DNA of 64,000 bases from Clostridiales bacterium Firm_14 (GCA_001604135.1 LVAT01000013.1:260896-324895); one strand, 5' to 3'; counted from the stretch's first letter, positions 1 through 9,159 are shown. Program-made: numbers and translations. Notes: generated from the letters alone by a model not told the origin.

Positions 1-1790
1 GAATAGATCTTATTGCCTTGTTTGATCTCAACGACCGGTGTTACTCCACCATACTGATCATACTCCGGCAGAGTTATCTCGAATCTTACAGGAGAATTAA
101 CTGCAAACGGATAGACTTTTTCCTCATTAGTCTGAACAACATTATTAACTGCAACAGTACCATTGAGACTGCCATCAGAATATGCAGATATATCGGCCCT
201 TGTCTTAAAATGACAATCATTTATATGATCTTCTGAATCATCAGCATAAAAAGAAACATAATTCCAAGGCCAAATTTTATCCTTAGCAATCGTGTATTTA
301 TAAACATTATTATTTACTTTCACAAAAGCCGGATCATTGGCCATTGCCTCTTCAACTGAATTGAAGTAATCATCAACTAAACTTACACCGGTAAGATAAT
401 GACCATCTTCAAGTGTAATCGTGACTACTAAGTCACTATTGGCTAAAACACTCTTTTCAAATAAATAATTCTTTTCTTTAGAATTCGCCGGATTTGTAAA
501 TACTTCACCTGAAGGAGTGATTGAGCAAGAGACAGAACCACGGGTATCAATTCCAATCATGAAATGATCATCATCAACTTTTATCCTGTCAAACTCACTC
601 CATGAAACAAAAATATCAAAACCGATATTATCATTAGGAGTATAAGAGAATGAGTAGCCGGAAGATGTTTTAGTCAGATCAAGTACAATCGTCTCTTCGT
701 CATCGCGAACAATAGAAACAACCGGAATTTGATCTGCTGTAGAATTAGATGGATGAAGAGTGAAACTCAACGTCTCGTTAGCAGAAAAAGAAATATTACT
801 GTCAGGTAATACTACTTTGCCATTCATTTTAACTGTAGCTTCAGGAACACTTCCCCATTCATATGAAAATTCATTGTATGATACAGAACAATAACCGGCT
901 GTATAGGCGTTAAACCATTTTCCTTCATCTGCACAATAATAAGCAAAATGAGCATCAGTTAACTCATTACCATTCTCTGTTTTTTTATAAAAATCTATTC
1001 CGGGATGCGAAGATGAAATAATACAAGCTCCATTTGCCGGTATTATTGCGCCGCCATTTTCAATAGTAATAGATCCTTCCTGAACCCAAAGGGTGTTTTC
1101 GCCGGAAATAACATCACCCATCTCTCCAAATTTGAGATTGCCTTTAATGATAATATTGTTATTTACAAAAAGTTCAGAGCTTGACTTGTGCTCGTATCCC
1201 CAGTCAGTGGTATCTTTGAATCGCTCAATAGAAAAAGTTGTTCCCTGATCGATAATTACACTATTAGTATTCAGATCTCCATCCAAAACAAAATCATCGG
1301 TAAACTCATAATCATAGCTTCTTTCTGTATATCCGAAGTGATCATAAAGCTCTTCTAAATCAGCATTACCTTCAAATGCATCAGTATCAGAAGTAACAAT
1401 AGCATTATCAGTAATAAGCTTACTCTTACCGGCAAGCCCGTATTCAATCCTATCTTCTTTAAATGAATTGAATAAAGGATTATTTGAAACGTTAACCGTG
1501 GCATTATTAAGATAAATAATACGGTCATCTGCCGAAGCAGTATAACTTCCGCCATCAACATAAACGCCCAAACGGGTCGCACCTTGAGGTATAGAAGTGC
1601 TTAATCCGTCTACATTCACATTATAAATAAGTGTCTTATCCAGATAGTCATCATCATAACCCTGCATATACTTATAAAAGTAATACACATTACCCGTATC
1701 TGCTTTTACAAGTGACTTAAATGGAAGAAAAGAAACAACTAAAACTGCTGCAATTAAAGCAGACAGCAAGCGGCAAAGCTTACGACTCAT
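1..1790 (-). CDS. Secreted protein of unknown function, 3' end cut by window edge (about 596 codons visible)
   Basis: ATG at 1790 with GGAGGG 3-4 nt upstream. My reverse-complement translation begins MSRKLCRLLSALIAAVLVVSFLPFKSLVKADTGNVYYFYKYMQGYDDDYLDK, a signal-peptide-like N-terminus. The frame stays open to the window edge, which explains its absence from the ORF track. No family recognised. Confidence 0.6.
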   Translation of the reverse strand, partial: MSRKLCRLLSALIAAVLVVSFLPFKSLVKADTGNVYYFYKYMQGYDDDYLDKTLIYNVNVDGLSTSIPQGATRLGVYVDGGSYTASADDRIIYLNNATVNVSNNPLFNSFKEDRIEYGLAGKSKLITDNAIVTSDTDAFEGNADLEELYDHFGYTERSYDYEFTDDFVLDGDLNTNSVIIDQGTTFSIERFKDTTDWGYEHKSSSELFVNNNIIIKGNLKFGEMGDVISGENTLWVQEGSITIENGGAIIPANGACIISSSHPGIDFYKKTENGNELTDAHFAYYCADEGKWFNAYTAGYCSVSYNEFSYEWGSVPEATVKMNGKVVLPDSNISFSANETLSFTLHPSNSTADQIPVVSIVRDDEETIVLDLTKTSSGYSFSYTPNDNIGFDIFVSWSEFDRIKVDDDHFMIGIDTRGSVSCSITPSGEVFTNPANSKEKNYLFEKSVLANSDLVVTITLEDGHYLTGVSLVDDYFNSVEEAMANDPAFVKVNNNVYKYTIAKDKIWPWNYVSFYADDSEDHINDCHFKTRADISAYSDGSLNGTVAVNNVVQTNEEKVYPFAVNSPVRFEITLPEYDQYGGVTPVVEIKQGNKIY

Positions 1791-1837
1791 ACACCCTCCA
1801 AATAGAAAAAAAACAAAAAAAACCGCGCAACAAAATT

Positions 1838-1846
1838 ATTTTATCA
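1838..1846 (-). promoter_or_regulatory. Extended -10 element (TGATAAAAT) for the secreted-protein gene
   Basis: The minus strand reads TTTAATGATAAAATAATTTTG about 45 nt upstream of the ATG at 1790. No clear -35. Confidence 0.3.
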
Positions 1847-1915
1847 TTAAATAAATAATTTACGAGGACTATGAAACTATTGTTTAAGATGTCGAACTAA
1901 TCAAATGTGATTCGC

Positions 1916-3244
1916 CTAAATACTCAGTCTCTTAATCTGCTCATCAGTATCAACGCACCTGAATTCGCGGCAGTATTCGAACCAGTCAGGACATCCTTGC
2001 CTTAAGAAAGGCGTGCATTCAGGAAGGAAAGGACATTCCCTGCACTTCTCATCAGCTTCAAGCAAAGCTCTGGGATCGCTTGCAAGCTTGATATCTTCAT
2101 CAAAGATTCTCGCACACGAAGTGTTTCCGGGCAGATGCTCGCAGTTATAAAGATTGCCGTCAGGTCCTATTACAATACATTTACCGTCAGAATCAGCCAT
2201 GCAGAAATTGGTCTTCATCTTATATTTGCCGGGTTTGGACCGAAGGAACTTCATACCATTGCCGGCCGCTTTACTCCGAAGTTCCAGATATCGCTTCTGA
2301 AGATCTATGCAGCTCTCGTCCTTCTGAGCCTGGAAAAGCATGGAGCTGTAAATCCTCAGATTGTCTGATTCGCCGTACAGTCTAGCTATGTCTTCCCAGA
2401 AAGAATACATTCCTTCTATATTTCCCTGATCGAAATTGCATCTTAGAGTAACTTCCAAGCCTGCTCCAAGCATAAGTCCGATAGTCATAAGAAGATATTC
2501 GTAGTTATGGGCAGAAGGACTGCAGAAGAGTTTTCTGGCCTCATAATCGGATTTAGCTCCGTCAACTGAGACCTGTGCCCGTTTCAGATGCCAGACATTT
2601 ACGGCCGTATCAAGCAACTCAGGTGTAAAGAGCGACGCATTGGTAACTATCTTGGAATTGAAAAGAACGCCTTTTTCGTTCAAACCAGTGCAGATCCTGT
2701 TGATGATATTCGATGCTACCAGCGGCTCACCGCCAAACCAGCTTATAGTTATTTCTTCAGAGCTTTTTGTATTAAGAATAAACTCCAAGACCTTGTCAGC
2801 CGTAGCTTCGCTCATTGTGGAGACCTTCATGCCCTGCTCATAGCAATAGACGCACCTGGCGTTGCATGCGGTCGTAGGCAGTATCGTGTATGTCTTAACT
2901 CCCCTGCTCCTGTCCATCGCTTTGAGAGCCGTAACTGCAAACCTGTAGCGAGAGTAATCGTCATCTGAGTAATATACAAGCACGCAGCCTGAGACAAGAT
3001 CAGTTAATCCGGCTGATTCGACTACATAACCTGATATAACAGGATTTATCGAAGGATCAACAGCATCCCATTCCTCATCAGAAAGCTCAAATATTCCGCC
3101 CGTCATTGTGGACTTAATAAGATGGCGCTCTCCTAAAGAGGAACAATACGCATAAGCAGACAACCGGTATTCCCTGTCCGGTTCAACACGGGATCTTCCT
3201 AAGATCTTGATTATTCGGCTGTCAGGCGTATTTAGTAGGCGCAT
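1916..3244 (-). CDS. Radical SAM / SPASM-domain enzyme (peptide-maturase-like) with an N-terminal extension of about 115 aa
   Basis: CxxxCxxC cluster in LPTTACNARCVYCYEQG. C-terminal SPASM-type Cys pattern in CMADSDGKCIVIGPDGNLYNC...CRECPFLPECTPFLRQGC. 442 aa. Confidence 0.85.
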   Translation of the reverse strand: MRLLNTPDSRIIKILGRSRVEPDREYRLSAYAYCSSLGERHLIKSTMTGGIFELSDEEWDAVDPSINPVISGYVVESAGLTDLVSGCVLVYYSDDDYSRYRFAVTALKAMDRSRGVKTYTILPTTACNARCVYCYEQGMKVSTMSEATADKVLEFILNTKSSEEITISWFGGEPLVASNIINRICTGLNEKGVLFNSKIVTNASLFTPELLDTAVNVWHLKRAQVSVDGAKSDYEARKLFCSPSAHNYEYLLMTIGLMLGAGLEVTLRCNFDQGNIEGMYSFWEDIARLYGESDNLRIYSSMLFQAQKDESCIDLQKRYLELRSKAAGNGMKFLRSKPGKYKMKTNFCMADSDGKCIVIGPDGNLYNCEHLPGNTSCARIFDEDIKLASDPRALLEADEKCRECPFLPECTPFLRQGCPDWFEYCREFRCVDTDEQIKRLSI

Positions 3245-3452
3245 GTTCTATCCTGTTCTACTGAATTTCTTTTATAAATATACCATTTCAGGCTTCAAAG
3301 AGAAATCTGAACAATCAGGTTCTTTTGTTAATTTGTCACAAAACAAGCAAACATATTTTACTTTTTGCTATTCAACATACACAAAACAATGCATTATACT
3401 GAAGATATCAGTTAAGACCTATGTCATACAGGAATCACATAAAGGACTCTAT

Positions 3453-4004
3453 ATGGACGTTTATCTCGGAAAGGCTTTATCTCTTGTTACATTGGATGCG
3501 GTTATCGTATGGATGATCCCTGCTCTGATATGCTTTTCCATAAGTTATTTGAGATTCCGCAAGGGAAAGATGAGATTAAGATCATGCCTCGCGCTCTCCA
3601 TACTCGTCTTCTACCTTGGATTTGTCGCAAGCCTTACTTTGATATCCAGGACAGCATCACCTAATGCAATGATGGAACTTGAATTGTTCTGGTCTTACAG
3701 ATTGATTCACAGCGGCAACAGGAACATGTTCTTTGAGGTTTTCTGGAACGTGGTCCTCTTCATCCCCTACGGTTTCCTTGCATCTATCATCTCAAAGAGC
3801 AAAACAAAATGGACAGTTCTCATGTCCGGCGCTCTCCTGACTGTTGCAATAGAGCTTACTCAGTTATTCACCCACAGGGGACTCTTCGAATACGACGATA
3901 TCATTCACAATACACTGGGAACAGTCATAGGCATCGCACTGTGCCTGATCACCTATAAGATCATCATCAGACTTGAGCGAAAATATAATATCCAGTTAAC
4001 CTGA
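3453..4004 (+). CDS. VanZ-like family membrane protein
   Basis: ATG at 3453 with AAAGGA 6 nt upstream. Several hydrophobic segments and the VanZ-type C-terminal motif ELTQLFTHRGLFEYDDIIHNTLGTVIG. The ORF-track start at 3207 is a TTG in AT-rich intergenic DNA. Confidence 0.75.
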   Translation: MDVYLGKALSLVTLDAVIVWMIPALICFSISYLRFRKGKMRLRSCLALSILVFYLGFVASLTLISRTASPNAMMELELFWSYRLIHSGNRNMFFEVFWNVVLFIPYGFLASIISKSKTKWTVLMSGALLTVAIELTQLFTHRGLFEYDDIIHNTLGTVIGIALCLITYKIIIRLERKYNIQLT

Positions 4005-4040
4005 TCAATCGCAATAATTACTGCTTGTTTTAGTCGACCG

Positions 4041-4072
4041 GGGCAGGAGCGTTGGATTGCTTGCTCCTGCCC
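4041..4072. terminator. GC-rich hairpin between convergent genes (possible bidirectional terminator, no U-tract)
   Basis: GGGCAGGAGC-12 nt-GCTCCTGCCC, a perfect 10-bp stem between the VanZ-like stop (4004) and the FRG gene stop (4107). No T-run follows on either strand. Confidence 0.35.
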
Positions 4073-4106
4073 GGACGACCGAGTTTAATATGACCGAGGA
4101 AGGTTG

Positions 4107-5180
4107 TTAAAAGTTATTGTCCAGAAGAGTATTTGATCTGTGTTCGATATCAGAATAGATAAAGCCCTCAGAGATGCCGATATTGGCAAGGTCCTTTCTG
4201 ATCTGGGCCTTCTTGTCTCCGGGAATTCTGATAACGCTGACAGATTTTCCTTCCGGCGTAAAGAGATTTACTGATAAAGTGCTTACAGAACGGTCGATCT
4301 CTTTCTGGATGCTATCCATTGACTTACCGTCTGTATTCACATATTTAGGCATGATGAATGCGCCCTGATGCAGCTTGATCCTGTCAGAGCAGTTTGAAGG
4401 GATAATGATATGTGACAGCTGAAGATCCTCAAAGATACTGAAAGGATATACGAGATCAACGCTTGTCTTAGCTCTCTGGTTAAGAAGATCCATAAATGTC
4501 TGGATCTTAATATATTCATCGCTGTTAATCTGAAGCGATGTTAAGTCCTTGAAGCTTAACTGATTCTGGTTGTTCTCATCATTGTGCAGCGGCAAAAGAC
4601 CGATATCCTTGAATCTTAACTGATTCCAGTCATTTCTGGATGTACGGGCATAAATGGAATTGCATGTAGTCAGGAATTCATTGATCTTATCCTGAGGAAT
4701 AAGGCTCAAAGCCGTCTTCACCGCTACCGTATACTCTACGTCAAACTGCTCAGCGTTGCTGTCCGGACGGTCATCCTTATGGAAAGAGCTGAACGTATAA
4801 ACGTATCCGTAGTCAGAAGGATCTTTACAGTCCTCGACTGCAAAATACAGAGCGATCAAAGGATTTGCAGAAATGTCTATTAATCTGGTCTTGGCACCGT
4901 GGTGCTGGAAATCGACCATATGTCTGAACAGATCAGCGTTTTTGGAATAATCAGCACAGCCGATCTGGCTTAAGAGAACACGGTAATAATACTCACTGGA
5001 TTTCTTTGTAAGACCTTCGTCAAGATAAAGGTTCGGAACAATATACTGGTTGTATTTGCTCTCGCCCCTGAAATACAGATGTGTCACTTCTCGGACAGCA
5101 TCATTCTTCGCATTGAGAATCATATGAAGAAATGATTCCAGCGATTCACATGTAATACTGTTGTCATCCGAGACGAACAT
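4107..5180 (-). CDS. FRG-domain protein
   Basis: LYFRGES and QHHGAKTRLIDISANPLIALYFA motifs typical of the FRG domain. ATG at 5180 with GGAAGG upstream is preferred over the TTG at 5228 used by the ORF track. Confidence 0.7.
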   Translation of the reverse strand: MFVSDDNSITCESLESFLHMILNAKNDAVREVTHLYFRGESKYNQYIVPNLYLDEGLTKKSSEYYYRVLLSQIGCADYSKNADLFRHMVDFQHHGAKTRLIDISANPLIALYFAVEDCKDPSDYGYVYTFSSFHKDDRPDSNAEQFDVEYTVAVKTALSLIPQDKINEFLTTCNSIYARTSRNDWNQLRFKDIGLLPLHNDENNQNQLSFKDLTSLQINSDEYIKIQTFMDLLNQRAKTSVDLVYPFSIFEDLQLSHIIIPSNCSDRIKLHQGAFIMPKYVNTDGKSMDSIQKEIDRSVSTLSVNLFTPEGKSVSVIRIPGDKKAQIRKDLANIGISEGFIYSDIEHRSNTLLDNNF

Positions 5181-5312
5181 CGCACTTACCTTCCAATTAG
5201 TCTTAACCCATACTTTATAATGCTTCAAGCATTAATTTCAAGATAGAATAATAACAGTTTGTTGTATTTTTGTATACTAGTTAGGCCAAATGTTCGAAAA
5301 AATTGATATGTG

Positions 5313-6947
5313 TCAATAATAACAATCTATACTGTACTTGTCGTTATAGACGTTCAGGGCTTCGTTGTCAGCAGTTAAGCCTACAATTCCGTAGTAGTAC
5401 TTCCCTTCAGATACGTTATTATCCTGGAAATGAGTATTGGTCGAAGATCCGATGCGGGTCCAGTTGCCGTTCTCATAGCGTCTGTATATCTCATAGTGAT
5501 CAGCGCCTGATACTACATTCCAGTTCAGATCCACAACCTTTCGTGAATAGTTCAGATAGATTGCAGGAGCATCTACAAAGGCAGTGTCACTGAGATCCAG
5601 CGCCGCATCACGAAATATATCCATCACGTAATCGTAGTAAGTATATTGGATCGTGATACCGTTAACCTTATATCTGTAGATATTCGAACTGGGATTCGAA
5701 TCGTATTTCTTGAACATCAGGCTGTCGTAATAACCGAGGCTTCCGTTATCGCAGTTAGTAACGTCGACCATATATTTCATTCCGTATCCCAAAGAAACGA
5801 TATTCCACATATGCCCGCAGTCAGAACCGTTGGTCGTGAAGAAATTACCCGAAGCCGTGATACATGTTACGTCATTATCGAATTCACTAAGGTCACAAAG
5901 ATACTTAAACGCCTTGGAATAGCCTTCGCAAACTACATTTGTTTTTTCATCGCCGTCGAAAACATAGACTATATTCCACGGATCGCCATATGGAGTGTCT
6001 TCATTAACAACTGACTGATCGTTATAGTCGACAAGATCACATATTACATCCCTGTACTTCATGAGCTTTCCGTAATCAGAGAGATCGCAATACTCATTAA
6101 CGATTGCCTTAGCTCTTCCGGAAGCATATAAAGCACGCTGAACACTTGCTGTTGAGACATAATACTCATTGCTACCGGCATAAGAAGCTACTATCGGAAA
6201 ACGGAATGTAAGACCATCACCGACATAATGCAAAGTTACGGAATCGCCGATCTTGGTGGCGCCGACGCTGTAATCCTCTGCCATTATTAAGGCGGTCTTA
6301 TCGAACCAGTAGCAGTCAAAAGGAAGATCGACCAGTACTTTATTAACGATATCCTGCATATTGAATACGGTCTTTTGAGACATTGCATTCGCGGCTTCAT
6401 CAGTGATCGTACCGTCAGCAATAATAGAGACGACGCCGAGTTCTTCAGCGGTATATTCGTGGTGGTCGCCAAGCCCAAGTTCAGCAAAAGTAACAGTAAA
6501 CTTCGTGCATGCGCTTGTGCCGTTAGCAACATCGATTATGCAATTCCTGATCTTCTCATAAGCGATCTTTTGATTACCGATCATCTGATAACGGTAGATT
6601 CCGGATTCAGCATTAACACGATTAGCAGAACCTTGATCAGGCTTTTTAGAGGCAGGATTTACATCATCGACCATAATGGTCCTAAAGTAATACTTGGGAG
6701 CTTCCTCATTAACCTTCTCTGCGGCTGTTCCGGAACCATCAGCCTCATCGGAGGTATTGGAAGTTGCCTTATCAGTAGAATCAACAGATTCCTTATCGTC
6801 CTGTGTGTCAGAAACATCCGGTGCAGATGTTATTTCACGTACGAATGGATCTTCAAGCTTATCTGCCGCGCAGACAAGGCCCAAAGAACAGATAACGAGA
6901 ATACTCTGGACGAGTACGGTCACTATTATAGTGAGGGCTCTTCTCAT
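5313..6947 (-). CDS. Secreted transglutaminase-like (papain-fold Cys/His/Asp) protein with a C-terminal FN3-like domain
   Basis: Signal peptide MRRALTIIVTVLVQSILVICSLGLVCA. Putative catalytic pattern VVCEGYSKAFKYLCD ... GHMWNIVSL ... MVDVTNCD. C-terminal LNWNVVSGADHYEIYRRYENGNWTRIG resembles FN3. Confidence 0.55.
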   Translation of the reverse strand: MRRALTIIVTVLVQSILVICSLGLVCAADKLEDPFVREITSAPDVSDTQDDKESVDSTDKATSNTSDEADGSGTAAEKVNEEAPKYYFRTIMVDDVNPASKKPDQGSANRVNAESGIYRYQMIGNQKIAYEKIRNCIIDVANGTSACTKFTVTFAELGLGDHHEYTAEELGVVSIIADGTITDEAANAMSQKTVFNMQDIVNKVLVDLPFDCYWFDKTALIMAEDYSVGATKIGDSVTLHYVGDGLTFRFPIVASYAGSNEYYVSTASVQRALYASGRAKAIVNEYCDLSDYGKLMKYRDVICDLVDYNDQSVVNEDTPYGDPWNIVYVFDGDEKTNVVCEGYSKAFKYLCDLSEFDNDVTCITASGNFFTTNGSDCGHMWNIVSLGYGMKYMVDVTNCDNGSLGYYDSLMFKKYDSNPSSNIYRYKVNGITIQYTYYDYVMDIFRDAALDLSDTAFVDAPAIYLNYSRKVVDLNWNVVSGADHYEIYRRYENGNWTRIGSSTNTHFQDNNVSEGKYYYGIVGLTADNEALNVYNDKYSIDCYY

Positions 6948-6972
6948 ACGCGCATCCTACGTAAATATCATC

Positions 6973-8007
6973 TCAGAAGCACTTCTGATCGTGCAGCTGC
7001 CTGCAGTCAGCGATCTTACCGCACTTATAGCAGACCTCATTCAGGCATCTTCCTGAGCCGGTGAACTCTCTGATATTCGCAAGCGTGGTATCCGCAATAT
7101 TGGCAAGCGCCTCCCTGGTAAGGAATGCCTGGTGCGATGTAACGATAACATTAGGCATGGATATAAGCCTTGCAAGGATATCGTCATTTACTATGTGGTT
7201 GGAATAGTCGTGGAAGAAGATATTTGACTCTTCTTCATATACATCAAGGCAGGCAGCACCGATCTTACGGTCCTTAATGCCCTCTACAAGCGCCTCAGTG
7301 CTTATTAGAGCGCCTCTGGAAGTGTTGATGATGACTACGCCTTTCTTCATCTTAGCAATCGAATCTGCGTTTATCATGTGCCTGTTCTCATCAGTCAGCG
7401 GGCAATGGAGTGAAATGATGTCAGCTCTCTCCCACAGCTCATCCAACGAGACATATTCGATACCTGAATCAGCAGCCGGGAACTTATCGTAAGCAATGAC
7501 ATTCATGCCAAAACCACGGCAGATATCAATAAAGATACGTCCGATCTTACCGGTACCGATAACTCCTACCGTCTTGCCGTGAAGATCAAAGCCCGTCATG
7601 CCCTCAAGGCTGAAATTAAAGTCCTTTGTACGGATATAAGCCTTATGGATACGGCGAATCGATGTAAGGAGCAGTGCCATAGCGTGCTCAGCTACCGCAT
7701 AGGGAGAATAAGCAGGTACACGTACAACATGAACCTTGCCGTAAGCATACTCTACATCGACATTGTTATAGCCGGCGCAGCGGAGCGCAATGAGCCTGAT
7801 GCCCATCTCATAAAGCTTATCTATAACAAACGAATTTATATCGTCATTTACGAAAACACAGACAACATTGCATCCTTCAGCAAGCTTATATGTATCGGGA
7901 GTAAGTCTGGTCTCAAAGAACCTGATATCAAACTCTCCGTCTTTATTAGCCGCCTCGAAAGACTGCCTGTCATATTCCTTGGAATCGAAAAAAGCTATCT
8001 TCAACAT
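6973..8007 (-). CDS. ldhA: D-lactate dehydrogenase (D-isomer-specific 2-hydroxyacid dehydrogenase)
   Basis: MLKIAFFDSKEYD..., RCAGYNNVD, NAD-binding GVIGTGKIGRIF and VTSHQAF match fermentative D-LDH. The ATG at 8007 is preferred over the GTG at 8016. Confidence 0.85.
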   Translation of the reverse strand: MLKIAFFDSKEYDRQSFEAANKDGEFDIRFFETRLTPDTYKLAEGCNVVCVFVNDDINSFVIDKLYEMGIRLIALRCAGYNNVDVEYAYGKVHVVRVPAYSPYAVAEHAMALLLTSIRRIHKAYIRTKDFNFSLEGMTGFDLHGKTVGVIGTGKIGRIFIDICRGFGMNVIAYDKFPAADSGIEYVSLDELWERADIISLHCPLTDENRHMINADSIAKMKKGVVIINTSRGALISTEALVEGIKDRKIGAACLDVYEEESNIFFHDYSNHIVNDDILARLISMPNVIVTSHQAFLTREALANIADTTLANIREFTGSGRCLNEVCYKCGKIADCRQLHDQKCF

Positions 8008-8088
8008 ATTGATCACCCATTTCCAGTTAGATAATCAATATATAACGCACTTTGAGGGTTTTTGTATACTAGAAATCGGGGTAAAAAA

Positions 8089-9144
8089 TCAAGAGCCGGC
8101 CTTGAATTCCCTCAGATTCTTCGCAAGGCTATAGGGTATTATTTCATCAGCTTCAGTCATGCTATATGCTTTTTCTTTATGCATATACTCAATTATCTGT
8201 TTGGTCTGATACCTTTTAAACTTCCTAATTACAGTGTCAAGGATTTCGATCTCATCATCCATTAATACAGAATAATCGATTGTTTCCAACGGATAGAAAT
8301 GTATCAGAAGGTCGTAATTTGCACTGGTTTCTTCCTGAACATTGATTCGTTCAAGACTAAGAAGTTTGTTGTGACCAACAGGCAAAGCACCCATTTCCTT
8401 ATGAAGATATACAAGCCCGGTCATAGAAGAGCCACTCTTCATATAACTGATAGCATCTGCATACCAAAGCATCTTCATGAGTTTGACTTTATACAGATCC
8501 TTTATTTTCTTAGCATAATACGAGACAATTGCCTCGATCTTATCAATATCAAGGATCCTATTGCCGTTAAGATCAGACGGAGTATCGAATTGGACATATT
8601 CAGACATTAAGGCCTGTCTCGCTGTTACTTCACGGCCATAAGAATCCATCTTCTCATCGATTTTATTCTTGATCTCACTCTGCTTATCCAAACTAAAAGA
8701 AGACTGATTTCTTTTGAAGAATTCGAAAACAATATACGGGCTTTCCTTTATTTGTCTCAAAGTATTATCGTACGCTTCATCCTGAATGGCCTTGCTCTCA
8801 TATCGTGAAATAGTTGCTTCGCCCCATCCTAATAACCTGGCTAAATCAACCTGAGATAAAGAATAGTCTTTTCTGATTGAAACAATCTCATCAGATGTAA
8901 GAAGATTATTCTGTTTACGATAAGCGTTTAGTGCACTTAGAAGATTAATATTTAATAAAGCACCGGACTCAAATTCATTTTCATCTCCAGAAGCATTAGA
9001 GCAAAAATAGTACTTCTGATCATAGCAAACAGACTGACCTTTAATAACAGTCTCAGCTCTTCGGCATCTTTCTTCTATAAAATGGGTCTTACCGCAAATG
9101 GGACAAACCTTTTTTTCTTTAGTAACTACTATCGCCTTGTTCAT
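8089..9144 (-). CDS. MqsA-like antitoxin (zinc ribbon + XRE HTH) fused to a C-terminal DUF4065/Panacea (SocA-like) domain
   Basis: N-terminal CPICG...YYFC zinc ribbon. HTH LSQVDLARLLGWGEATISRYESK resembles E. coli MqsA LTQKEAAEIFGGGVNAFSRYEKG. C-terminal KMLWYADAISYMKSGSSMTGLVYLHKEMGALPVGH is DUF4065-like. GGAGGA lies 6 nt before the ATG. Confidence 0.7.
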   Translation of the reverse strand: MNKAIVVTKEKKVCPICGKTHFIEERCRRAETVIKGQSVCYDQKYYFCSNASGDENEFESGALLNINLLSALNAYRKQNNLLTSDEIVSIRKDYSLSQVDLARLLGWGEATISRYESKAIQDEAYDNTLRQIKESPYIVFEFFKRNQSSFSLDKQSEIKNKIDEKMDSYGREVTARQALMSEYVQFDTPSDLNGNRILDIDKIEAIVSYYAKKIKDLYKVKLMKMLWYADAISYMKSGSSMTGLVYLHKEMGALPVGHNKLLSLERINVQEETSANYDLLIHFYPLETIDYSVLMDDEIEILDTVIRKFKRYQTKQIIEYMHKEKAYSMTEADEIIPYSLAKNLREFKAGS

Positions 9145-9159
9145 TATTAATCCTCCAAC

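Noticed and set aside
1806-1822. An A8-C-A8 tract (T8-G-T8 on the coding strand) upstream of the secreted-protein gene, considered as a phase-variation tract.
   Set aside because: It lies in the 5' UTR between the -10 and the SD, so length changes would alter neither promoter spacing nor the reading frame. There is no evidence for slippage from a single sequence.
2135-2968. Plus-strand ORFs (2135-2368, 2588-2968, 2640-2843) inside the radical SAM gene. Similar antisense ORFs appear throughout the track (for example 5646-6014, 6375-7064, 7579-8034, 22045-22440, 52910-53398).
   Set aside because: They lie entirely antisense to long ORFs with clear family motifs. Their translations are low-complexity or Ser/Leu/Ile-rich, and they lack ribosome-binding sites. 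They are shadow ORFs.
3328-3394. Two 8-codon minus-strand mini-ORFs upstream of the rSAM gene (MFACFVTN at 3354-3328, MHCFVYVE at 3394-3368), both containing Cys-Phe-Val, considered as RiPP precursors.
   Set aside because: They have no SD and are far too short to carry a leader plus core. The shared CFV comes from a 10-nt DNA direct repeat (CACAAAACAA), which is more simply a regulatory repeat.
3207-3452. N-terminal extension of 82 aa on the VanZ-like ORF (track start TTG 3207, or ATG 3243, which overlaps the rSAM ATG).
   Set aside because: The extension is AT-rich intergenic sequence with an implausible composition. A good SD precedes the ATG at 3453, where the typical VanZ first TM segment begins.
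5267-5280. An exact 14-nt repeat, TTTTTGTATACTAG, at 5267-5280 and 8059-8072. Both copies are in promoter regions of minus-strand genes (FRG and ldhA).
   Set aside because: Several exact 14-mer matches are expected by chance in 64 kb of AT-rich DNA. Only the GTATAC core is palindromic, and the flanking similarity is weak. It is worth a motif search but is not supportable as a site.
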